Shown here: in pieces, positions 1 to 6,970 of the stretch
Layout: every line of letters starts with the position of its first letter
How positions within the stretch are numbered: position 1 is the first letter of the stretch
DNA from: Elusimicrobiota bacterium
GTDB taxonomy: Bacteria > Elusimicrobiota > Elusimicrobia > UBA1565 > JACRDR01
NCBI GenBank assembly: GCA_041694815.1
Contig: JBGFSC010000045.1
Location: 35,807-99,806 of the forward strand
Reading direction: 5' to 3'
DNA: 64,000 bases
Translations under genes and position numbers: made by a program
The notes under the pieces: model-generated
Databases searched by the model: none
What the model was told of the DNA's origin: nothing
Seen by the model: the letters and a program-made list of their open reading frames with translations, nothing else

Positions 1-1
1 T

Positions 2-352
2 TTTCGGAAAATCTCCGAAACGTTCCCTTTTCCGGGTCAGGTACTCGATTTTCTTTTTCACCAAATCTCCGCAAAAGTCCATCCAGTCATGGATTTTCAG
101 CCCGTCCAACCAACCCGAGGCCTGCAAAGCCTCGATGAACTTGTGGGCGTCCCCGTCCCAGTGCGCGCCGCGGGCGACGGCGACCCGGCTGAATCGCTCG
201 AGGCTTCCATCCTGCCAGGCGAACTTGAGCGTGAAATGCCACAGAAGATGCAGGTGGCCCACGGCCTGGGCGACACCGATCCCTAATCGCTCGGCCAGTT
301 CGAAGGTCTTGGGGTGGTCGCCTATATCGACATGGCTCTCGATCCAGGCCAT
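2..352 (-). CDS. Phage replication initiator / replisome-organiser N-terminal domain (partial, runs off the window)
   Basis: Not in the ORF track. Translated by hand from the ATG at 352, which overlaps the upstream TGA: MAWIESHVDIGDHPKTFELAERLGIGVAQAVGHLHLLWHFTLKFAWQDG...IHDW. This resembles phage replication-protein N-termini. Confidence 0.65.
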   Translation of the reverse strand, partial: MAWIESHVDIGDHPKTFELAERLGIGVAQAVGHLHLLWHFTLKFAWQDGSLERFSRVAVARGAHWDGDAHKFIEALQASGWLDGLKIHDWMDFCGDLVKKKIEYLTRKRERFGDFPK

Positions 353-630
353 CAATTGCCTCCCGGCTTGTGTTTGGCCGGCTGCGCGACGGCCGATCGG
401 TAGGAGTTCCTGAGGTCCCCGATCTTACATTCCACCTCGTGGACATCCCGTATCAGGCGCACGCATAGGGCCAGGGCACAGTGGTGATGCAGGACGATAT
501 CCGTGCTGCGTCCCATCCAGCCGATGATGGGATAGGCGAGCCTATGACCGCAGTAAAAGCAGGGCTCCGCAGCCTCCACTTGGAAGGCCCAAGGATAGCC
601 GTCTTCGCCGTCTCGAAACGTGATACCCAT
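352..630 (-). CDS. Phage hypothetical protein, possible Zn-binding (CFYC...HHHC)
   Basis: 92-aa ORF translationally coupled to both neighbours. Confidence 0.6.
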   Translation of the reverse strand: MGITFRDGEDGYPWAFQVEAAEPCFYCGHRLAYPIIGWMGRSTDIVLHHHCALALCVRLIRDVHEVECKIGDLRNSYRSAVAQPAKHKPGGN

Positions 631-890
631 TACAATTGCCTCCTGGCTTCATCGTAAAGTGCGTCGATGAAGCGCTCATCGTCTTGGATTTTCCGTGGAA
701 CTGGCGTGCCGTCGTCGTAGGCGGCGCTCACGACGTCGAGCTCGTCCGGATCGCCGGGATCTGAAAACGCCGGATGATCGGGGTCAGAGCATCGAGGAGG
801 CGGACGGCCCGGTCTATAGTTGACCTCGGCACAGATTCTGCGGAGCGCGCCGTCCGCGTCTTCCCAGTCAAATTCCAGGCTCAGTCTCAC
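630..890 (-). CDS. Phage hypothetical protein
   Basis: 86-aa acidic ORF overlapping the flanking genes of the leftward operon. Confidence 0.6.
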   Translation of the reverse strand: MRLSLEFDWEDADGALRRICAEVNYRPGRPPPRCSDPDHPAFSDPGDPDELDVVSAAYDDGTPVPRKIQDDERFIDALYDEARRQL

Positions 891-1810
891 GGCGATCGCA
901 CCAGGTAGTCTTTATGGACCTCTCCGTTGGCCTGCGAGCCCCGAACATGCATGGGCCACCAGTAAATGCCGTGGTTCTTGCCGAAAAGCCCTTGCTGCCG
1001 GAAATCTTTGAAATGGCCCCGGCAGATGTGCAGCGCCTTGGGACTGAGCATGGAATTGCCTCCGTTTGCGGAGCCCACGATTTTCTTGACCGGGTCGATG
1101 ACCAAGGTATGCCAGCGGACCAGTGGCTCCCGGTCGCGCCGTTGCCGCGCCTGTTGCAGCCGGGCCTCCCACGCCGGCCCCTTGACCAACTCCACTTTTT
1201 TGCAGTGCATGAAGGTCAATGCCATGAAAGGCACGGGGAGAAACCAGTACAGACCGGTGGCCTCGTTCCAATCGGCTTCCGTTGGTTCGAAGCTGAATTT
1301 GAATAACGGGTTGAAAGACAGCCTTACGCCGATGCCGCCGTCATTGAGGCTTTCGGGCACGTAATGGCCGTCTTCCGAGACAAACCAGGTGATGCTCGGC
1401 GGCATTGAGAATCCGTCATCGACGTGCAAAATGAAATTCCCGATGCACATCCAGCGGGCTTCCGGCGGAGGTTTGCGAACGGTGTCCGGCAGGAGAGTTT
1501 CCATTTCGGGGTCCCTCAGGTCGATTCCCAAGATGGAGAACCCGGCCCGGATTCGATCAGGGCCCGGGTCGTCCGGCGGGATGTCATGGAACGACCAGCG
1601 CCTGCTGTGAGACCATTCCATCCAGAGATTGTCGAAGGGTGGGGCGATATTCGGGAAATCCCTTCGAAAATCCCAGTCTCCGGCCGGCGACTGGAAGACG
1701 TAGTCGGCGACGTTGTGTATTTTGACCGCCGTGGCGGTTCGCAGGAGTTCGAGAAACCATCCGGCGTTGGGAACGGATTTTCCGTATTCCAGCACGTCAT
1801 CGATCAGCAT
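887..1810 (-). CDS. Phage hypothetical protein with C-terminal HxxRGH(F/W) motif
   Basis: Likely start is the ATG at 1810 after an AAGGAG RBS. C-terminus reads LHICRGHFK...WWPMHVRG. Confidence 0.65.
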   Translation of the reverse strand: MLIDDVLEYGKSVPNAGWFLELLRTATAVKIHNVADYVFQSPAGDWDFRRDFPNIAPPFDNLWMEWSHSRRWSFHDIPPDDPGPDRIRAGFSILGIDLRDPEMETLLPDTVRKPPPEARWMCIGNFILHVDDGFSMPPSITWFVSEDGHYVPESLNDGGIGVRLSFNPLFKFSFEPTEADWNEATGLYWFLPVPFMALTFMHCKKVELVKGPAWEARLQQARQRRDREPLVRWHTLVIDPVKKIVGSANGGNSMLSPKALHICRGHFKDFRQQGLFGKNHGIYWWPMHVRGSQANGEVHKDYLVRSP

Positions 1811-1821
1811 AGATCGGCTCC

Positions 1822-2232
1822 TTAAAGTTTTTCGTCCACCCCCAGGAGGGTGATCCGGACGCCGATCTCGCCGTTTTGGGAATAGAGTTTCCGGCACTCA
1901 AGCCACACCACGCGCGAGTCATCGGTGAAGAACTGCGCCTGCTGCAGGGCGTCGAGTACCGCCTTGGCGTAGTTGTCCAAGTCCGGCCGCACGCAGGCCC
2001 AGACGGCGTCCTTAGCGCCTTTAGGCCGTGGGACGTAGAAGTCCAGGATTACGCGCACGGGAAAGTCGATCGGCTCCCGCGGGCGGTGCGGAAGGGCCAG
2101 CAGCCTTGCCTTCTCCTTCCACTGCTCGCAGTCCCGCGGGTTTGTAGTGACGAACTTGCCGGCCGCCCGATGCCAAAAGGTCCGCGGTCGGGCCTGGGGC
2201 ACCGGACGGCCGGCGATGAAGAGCCGGATCAC
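1822..2232 (-). CDS. rusA: RusA-family Holliday junction resolvase
   Basis: Motifs G-P-P-ARPR, RPDLDNYAKAVLDAL and DDSRVV. GTG start at 2232 overlaps the upstream TGA. Confidence 0.85.
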   Translation of the reverse strand: MIRLFIAGRPVPQARPRTFWHRAAGKFVTTNPRDCEQWKEKARLLALPHRPREPIDFPVRVILDFYVPRPKGAKDAVWACVRPDLDNYAKAVLDALQQAQFFTDDSRVVWLECRKLYSQNGEIGVRITLLGVDEKL

Positions 2233-2654
2233 GGCTCGAAGACCGAACCTTCCATGACCGGCTCGCCGTAGGGCTCGACATCCCGAACCACGTTCCAGAC
2301 ATTGCCGTTGGAGTCTGGCTTCTGGTCCACATGGCCCCAGAGATATTTGCCCAGCCATCGCTGCGGCTCCACGTTGAGGGCGCCTTGATAGGGCTCGCCT
2401 ATGGTCTTGAGGAAATGGATGGCGATGCCGGCGCCCTCCGAGCCCTCGGGCAGGAAGGTGACGTGGTGGAAGCGGATACGCCGCCCCTGATAGCGGCCAT
2501 CCATCACCTTGAACGTAACGGTGACCTTGGGATCGGCGTTCTTGGACCGCCCTTCCGCCGCCTGCTCGATTTTGAGCAGGTACTTTCCCTTGGGCAGGGG
2601 CTCAAAGCCCCCACCCGTGGGCTTGACGTTGGTGGCGTTGTACTGGAAGCTCAT
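2229..2654 (-). CDS. DUF669-like phage protein (putative ssDNA-binding)
   Basis: FEPLPKGKY...KVMDGRYQGRRI pattern, located directly after an AAA ATPase as in phage recombination modules. Confidence 0.7.
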   Translation of the reverse strand: MSFQYNATNVKPTGGGFEPLPKGKYLLKIEQAAEGRSKNADPKVTVTFKVMDGRYQGRRIRFHHVTFLPEGSEGAGIAIHFLKTIGEPYQGALNVEPQRWLGKYLWGHVDQKPDSNGNVWNVVRDVEPYGEPVMEGSVFEP

Positions 2655-3742
2655 TTCTTTCCTCCCATTGGGACCGTCGCGAGCTCTTTGATCCTCTGGC
2701 GGATCGCCTTAAGCCCATCACGAAGTTTTCCGATCTCCAGCTCGGCCAAGGCCGTCCACGATCTTGTCCCGAAGGCCTCGAAGACCAGGTCGGTCTTGAT
2801 TTTCTTGTCCTCGGAGGATTGGCCGGGGAAGGCCGAGAGCAGCTCGCCCTGTATCTCCTCGAGGAGTACTTCTTTCTGCCGCCGCTGCTCGTAGAAGTTC
2901 TCCTCGGAGCCCTTCTCAAAGAGCTTGGTCGAGTCCTTGTCGGTGACTACGCCCACGTGCTCGCCGCCGATATTCAGGTAGTCGAACACGGGCTTGAAGT
3001 TCTCAAAGGTCGGATTGACGAAGCGTTGGCCCTCGATGCGCGAGGTCCTATCCTTGAGCACGATAGCCACGTGATCCCAGAGCTTGGCTTCGACGGCCTT
3101 GTCCTGGTTCTCGCGCCGGTCGCGGATCATCTCGATGAGCAGAGAGGGCTCGTAGCCCATATCGGTCTCGGCCTTCATCTTGGTGCCCGTCTTTTCCAGA
3201 ACCTTGGCTCCGGCTTCGTCGGTGAAATAGTCGTACTCGTAGCCGGCCCGGCCGCACATGACGATGTGGACGCGGCTGTTGAGGTAGAGGTCCGTAAAGC
3301 CGGCCCAGGTCTCCTTGAGCGGCCCCCAGTCTTGGAACAGAAGCCGCTTGCGGTTGTTGGCCTTCATGTAGGCCCGCTGCAGCTCGGTCCAGAAGTGCGA
3401 GATGCTGTCGATGATGAGCACCCCAGCGTTTCCCTCCGCGGCCTTGACCCCATCGACTAGATCGGTGAAGGCCCGGCTCTTGGAGACATAGAATGGGATG
3501 TCCCACTCCTTGAACTTGGGGACCAGGAAGTCCGAGCCCGTCTCGGTGTCCAGGAAGAACACCGGTTTCTTGGCCTTGAGCCTCTCTACGATGCCCTTGG
3601 CCATCAGGGCTGCGGTGTAGGTTTTGCCTGCGCCGGCGAATCCGAGGAGGCCTGCTTTGAGATAGGCCTGTTGGTTGACCGCCTCCTGGAACGGCCCGAA
3701 GGCGACCGGCGGCTTGCTTGCTCCGTTATTTGTCGTTTCCAT
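2651..3742 (-). CDS. Phage AAA-family ATPase (AAA_24 / Sak4-like)
   Basis: Walker A GFAGAGKT, LDTETGS, Walker B VLIIDSISH; RBS AGGAG. Confidence 0.8.
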   Translation of the reverse strand: METTNNGASKPPVAFGPFQEAVNQQAYLKAGLLGFAGAGKTYTAALMAKGIVERLKAKKPVFFLDTETGSDFLVPKFKEWDIPFYVSKSRAFTDLVDGVKAAEGNAGVLIIDSISHFWTELQRAYMKANNRKRLLFQDWGPLKETWAGFTDLYLNSRVHIVMCGRAGYEYDYFTDEAGAKVLEKTGTKMKAETDMGYEPSLLIEMIRDRRENQDKAVEAKLWDHVAIVLKDRTSRIEGQRFVNPTFENFKPVFDYLNIGGEHVGVVTDKDSTKLFEKGSEENFYEQRRQKEVLLEEIQGELLSAFPGQSSEDKKIKTDLVFEAFGTRSWTALAELEIGKLRDGLKAIRQRIKELATVPMGGKK

Positions 3743-3899
3743 TTTTCTCTCCTGTTGGTTTGGGTGATTCTTCGGCCAACAAATCCTTGAGCTGATCGCT
3801 TTCGGCCAGGTGCAAGAACCCGGCGGCCAAGACCTCGGCTAAAGCGTCCATGCGCTGCTCCGGCGTCATGTCCTTGGGATCGGCGAATGGGGGAATCAT
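3726..3899 (-). CDS. Small hypothetical protein (57 aa), first gene of the leftward replication operon
   Basis: Hand-translated: MIPPFADPKDMTPEQRMDALAEVLAAGFLHLAESDQLKDLLAEESPKPTGEKNGNDK. It lies directly behind the conserved box at 3905-3941. Confidence 0.6.
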   Translation of the reverse strand: MIPPFADPKDMTPEQRMDALAEVLAAGFLHLAESDQLKDLLAEESPKPTGEKNGNDK

Positions 3900-3904
3900 G
3901 CTCT

Positions 3905-3941
3905 CACCAATGGAGAGCCCCGCGCTGTCAAAAGTGGCGAA
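3905..3941 (-). promoter_or_regulatory. Bipartite box copy A (TTCGCCACTTTT-N8-GGGGCTCTCCATTGGTG), putative promoter for the element-encoded sigma factor
   Basis: Identical 12-bp and 17-bp blocks with the same 8-bp spacing recur at 6029-6065. ATG lies 5 nt downstream. Confidence 0.65.
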
Positions 3942-3944
3942 ACC

Positions 3945-4463
3945 CTAGTCGAGCAAGCCCTTGGATTCCAAGAGCCTCTTGAGCTTTTGCACGTGGTAAT
4001 CGACGGTCTTTCTCGGCCGCCCGAGACGGCGCGCGGTCTTGGCCACGTCGCCTTCCTCTAAAAGGAGATCCCAGAGGCTCTTTTGCTCCTCGCTGAGTTC
4101 CTGGTAAATCTCAAGCAGCCTCTCTTGGAGATCACCCTCCTCGCGATCCGATTCTGAAAGCAGCTCTTCAAGTCGGATCTCGCCCTCTTTACCCTCGGTC
4201 ATGCCGCGCTCGAGGGAAACGAGCACTTCCCGCCGGCGTGACCACACCGCGATCCGCCTCTCCGCCTTGCGCAGCAGCGATAAGGCGAGATAGGTCTTCC
4301 AATCCTTGATCGCATTCGTTTTCTTGCTCTTGATCTTGAGCAGGTGAGCGCAGAGCTCCGACTCGAGATCATCCGGATCTGCTTGGCGTGCGAATTTCTT
4401 CACTACGTTGCGGACCAACTCCATCTCCCAGACTTCGATTTCCGGCGTGCAACGTTCGTCCAT
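3945..4463 (-). CDS. Sigma-70 family (ECF-like) RNA polymerase sigma factor
   Basis: Region-2-like DPDDLESEL...WKTYL and region-4 HTH LSEEQKSLW...VAKTARRLGRPRKTVDYHVQKLK; RBS GAGGAGG. Confidence 0.75.
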   Translation of the reverse strand: MDERCTPEIEVWEMELVRNVVKKFARQADPDDLESELCAHLLKIKSKKTNAIKDWKTYLALSLLRKAERRIAVWSRRREVLVSLERGMTEGKEGEIRLEELLSESDREEGDLQERLLEIYQELSEEQKSLWDLLLEEGDVAKTARRLGRPRKTVDYHVQKLKRLLESKGLLD

Positions 4464-4506
4464 GGCGGCCTCCTCGGCCGACCACGGACAGGCGTTTTCT
4501 GGGCAT

Positions 4507-4555
4507 AAAAAAAGAGGCCGCTCGGCCCGGTGTTAACCGGAACCGAACGGCCTCT
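4507..4555 (-). terminator. Intrinsic terminator/attenuator upstream of the sigma factor gene
   Basis: Minus strand: AGAGGCCG-TTCGG-TT-CCGG-TTAACA-CCGG-G-CCGAG-CGGCCTCT followed by a T-tract. Confidence 0.75.
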
Positions 4556-4630
4556 CGTGGCTCAGCGCGTCTCTAGGACGCCCTGCCCGTAGTCAGCCTA
4601 CTGTTGAATTATGAATTACGGGCAGTTTGT
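4507..4630 (-). ncRNA. Putative structured cis-acting leader RNA (three hairpins)
   Basis: Perfect 9-bp stem 4583-4591/4617-4625, 5-bp stem 4567-4571/4577-4581, and terminator stem 4513-4555. Confidence 0.5.
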
Positions 4631-4651
4631 CCCTATCACTGGCGTTGAGCT

Positions 4652-5104
4652 CTACTTTTCCTCTTCGAAAGGAAGCAGCGCGTTGGGCGGCCTCTCGTTG
4701 TTTGAGTCAGCCACCATCGACGCCGAATACTTCGGAAGAGAAGCTATGTCCTTCAAAACGTAAACCTTGCAGACGCCCTTGAAGGCGTTGGGCGCGGAGC
4801 GGCTTAAGCGCGAATGGTCCCAAGAAATCGGCACGCCGTCTTGAACCTTGATCTCGTGGATAATACCCTGCGGAAAGGACTCGTCTAAGAAATCGCGGAA
4901 CTCAAGCCACGGCGCCGGCAGATTTTGCCACTCGAAATAAACAGGCTGCGAGATCTCGGCGCCGCGCTTGATGTTGCGCGACCAGTCATTGCAGAAAAGC
5001 GGGGTGCGCTGGAAAATGGTCGTGTCCCTCACTACGCCGAAGCCCACGTCCTGGCAGAAGTGGATGTAGGACAGAAATAGCCTTCTCTTTTGCTCGACGT
5101 CCAT
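4652..5104 (-). CDS. Hypothetical two-repeat protein, candidate antitermination factor
   Basis: Internal repeat FCQDVGFGVVRDTTIFQRTP / FLDESFPQGIIHEIKVQDGVP, directly upstream of the structured RNA and terminator. Confidence 0.55.
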   Translation of the reverse strand: MDVEQKRRLFLSYIHFCQDVGFGVVRDTTIFQRTPLFCNDWSRNIKRGAEISQPVYFEWQNLPAPWLEFRDFLDESFPQGIIHEIKVQDGVPISWDHSRLSRSAPNAFKGVCKVYVLKDIASLPKYSASMVADSNNERPPNALLPFEEEK

Positions 5105-5120
5105 CGCGGCGACCCCTGCG

Positions 5121-5765
5121 TCACTCGAAATCTTTAAGAACCTTGATGACCCTGCCTAAAATACGGAAGTCCTTGATCTTTTCCCTGGGAACCCGGATAT
5201 CCGAGAACTTGGGATTGGCGGCCTCGAGCACGATCTCGCTCCTTTCCTGCCGGAACCGCTTGAGCGTCCAGTCGCCGTCAACGACGGCAATCACGAGTTG
5301 CCCGCTCTCAGCGGTCTCCTGAGGTCGGACCAAGACCCAGTCGCCGAGGTTGATACCAGCCCCGGTCATACTTTCACCCCTGACCCGGATCACGAAAAGC
5401 TCCTCATCCCGCCGGGACTTGAAAAATCGCCGGTCGATCACGGCCGTGCCTTCCACGAGCTCCGGCATGGGTCTTAGCGGGCCCGCAGGAACACCGGAGG
5501 GCAACTCACGGAGCAGGAAGGTATTCGGCGAAACAGGGCTCTCGTCAAAAGGGTTCACGAGAATGGACAGCCCGCGGAAGCGCCCCGTGATCTTGAGAAA
5601 CCCTTTCCGCGACAACTCCTTGAGCTGGTAGGCGATGGCGCCGGTCGAGGCCAGGCGCGCGCCGGCCATGATCTCGCGGACCGCCGGCGTGCGCCCTTCG
5701 CGGCGGACATAGTTGACAATGAAACGCAGGATCGCGGCCTGGCGCTCGCTTAGAGTCTCATCCAT
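5121..5765 (-). CDS. lexA: LexA-family transcriptional repressor (winged HTH plus S24 peptidase)
   Basis: LSERQAAILRFI...P.VREI N-domain, cleavage site VPAG, catalytic VRGESM and TLKRF. Confidence 0.85.
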   Translation of the reverse strand: MDETLSERQAAILRFIVNYVRREGRTPAVREIMAGARLASTGAIAYQLKELSRKGFLKITGRFRGLSILVNPFDESPVSPNTFLLRELPSGVPAGPLRPMPELVEGTAVIDRRFFKSRRDEELFVIRVRGESMTGAGINLGDWVLVRPQETAESGQLVIAVVDGDWTLKRFRQERSEIVLEAANPKFSDIRVPREKIKDFRILGRVIKVLKDFE

Positions 5766-5952
5766 TGACTTCGTCCAGGGTGTAACGACGCATCTGGACC
5801 CCCCCTGAAGTCGGGTGCACGAATCTCAGATTGATGTGCTTGGGAACGGCGGGCTGATTGCCGGGTTCGGTCACCAGCTCCAGGTTTAGCTCAAGCTTCT
5901 CTTGGCAGCAGGGACAGGTCGTCGTTTCCGGGCTTTGGTTGGTTTCAGGCAT
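5758..5952 (-). CDS. Small hypothetical protein (CPCC motif)
   Basis: 64 aa with strong RBS AAGGAGG; overlaps the lexA start. Confidence 0.6.
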   Translation of the reverse strand: MPETNQSPETTTCPCCQEKLELNLELVTEPGNQPAVPKHINLRFVHPTSGGVQMRRYTLDEVNG

Positions 5953-5969
5953 GGCGGCCTCCTTTTGAA

Positions 5970-6006
5970 TTAGGACAAGTTAGGACATTTAGGCTTCAGC
6001 TGTCAA
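5970..6006 (-). promoter_or_regulatory. Sigma70-type leftward promoter overlapped by TTAGGACA direct repeats
   Basis: Minus strand TTGACA (6006-6001)-N18-TAACTT. TTAGGACA occurs at 5970 and 5980, with a partial TTAGG at 5989. Confidence 0.55.
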
Positions 6007-6028
6007 ATTCCTCGTCGGAACACCTCGA

Positions 6029-6065
6029 TTCGCCACTTTTTGACCTTAGGGGCTCTCCATTGGTG
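6029..6065 (+). promoter_or_regulatory. Bipartite box copy B, putative promoter for the element-encoded sigma factor
   Basis: TTCGCCACTTTT-TGACCTTA-GGGGCTCTCCATTGGTG; ATG lies 6 nt downstream at 6072. Confidence 0.65.
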
Positions 6066-6071
6066 GAGGGC

Positions 6072-6374
6072 ATGATGCGAAACGCGATACCCGGCGGTTT
6101 CCTGTACCGCTTCACCGTCTTGACGCCGAGATCCGAAGGGTTGCTCCGGTCTCTTTTGAAGTTGGCGTTGGCCGAGACCGAGGTGGTCTTTGGCAAGACC
6201 AAGGTCAAGCTTGAGACCGCTTACGACTTTTCAGCCAAGGGGCCGGTCTGCACCGTCGAGGGCGGCACCGACTGCGGCGAGCACCTCGCCAAATTGCTCA
6301 CCGGCTTCCTGATCAAGAAGTTCGGTGAGGATGGGTTTCAGGTCGAGAGGCTCTCCCGGCGGGGACAGGGTTGA
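6072..6374 (+). CDS. Mobile-element hypothetical protein
   Basis: 100 aa ending GFLIKKFGEDGFQVERL; coupled to the next gene (TGATG). Confidence 0.65.
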   Translation: MMRNAIPGGFLYRFTVLTPRSEGLLRSLLKLALAETEVVFGKTKVKLETAYDFSAKGPVCTVEGGTDCGEHLAKLLTGFLIKKFGEDGFQVERLSRRGQG

Positions 6375-6889
6375 TGACGGCGCGGCCCGAGACCTGTCCG
6401 ACCTGTGGCCATAGGATCAAGGTAGGCGTCAAGACCTTCGAGGGCTTCATGGCTCATCTCTTTATCGTCGCGGTCAAGCTGTCCAAGGATGCCGAAGTCG
6501 AGTGGCGTGCGGATCGGGCCGACGCCAAAAGCCGGGTCAAGAAGGCGTTTCTCCGCGACGTCGTGTTCTCGAAGGATGTGCGCGATGCCGGTTATGCCAC
6601 CCGCTACGCGCGGCTCGGCGATCTCAAGTATTGGGGCTTGTTGCGCCAAGATCCGGAGCATTGGCATCAGGGTATCTATCAGCTCACCGACCTGGCTATG
6701 GATTTTCTCTCGGGTCTGGCGACTGTCCCGAAGCGATTGAAAGTGACCGGCGGCAAGGTGCTCGAGGTGTCTGAGGAACAAATCGATCTTCGCTCGGCAT
6801 TGGGCGGGAAATGGAATGAGATCGCGGACTGGATTACGGATTGGCGGCGCCGGCACGTGGAGGAGGGCGGGCAGGGGATGCTGTTTTGA
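6374..6889 (+). CDS. Phage hypothetical protein (CPTCG knuckle, possible winged-helix)
   Basis: CPTCG...DLKYWGLL...GIYQLTDLAMDFL pattern. Confidence 0.6.
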   Translation: MTARPETCPTCGHRIKVGVKTFEGFMAHLFIVAVKLSKDAEVEWRADRADAKSRVKKAFLRDVVFSKDVRDAGYATRYARLGDLKYWGLLRQDPEHWHQGIYQLTDLAMDFLSGLATVPKRLKVTGGKVLEVSEEQIDLRSALGGKWNEIADWITDWRRRHVEEGGQGMLF

Positions 6890-6924
6890 CTCGGGCGCAG
6901 GGCCGATTTGATTCGCAAAATCGC

Positions 6925-6956
6925 TTGATTCCCGTCGGAACACCGTATATCGTTCC
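6925..6956 (+). promoter_or_regulatory. Putative sigma70 promoter of the recombinase with an internal operator
   Basis: TTGATT-N17-TATCGT. The spacer contains CGTCGGAACACC, which also occurs at 6013-6024. Confidence 0.5.
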
Positions 6957-6970
6957 TTCAAGAGGATAGA

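Noticed and set aside
9..71. AAATCTCCG repeated at 9-17 and 63-71 as possible replication iterons inside the initiator gene
   Set aside because: Only two short copies at the window edge; insufficient without the sequence to the left.
5121..5765. Host SOS lexA
   Set aside because: It lies inside the mobile element among phage genes, so it is more likely the element's own repressor.
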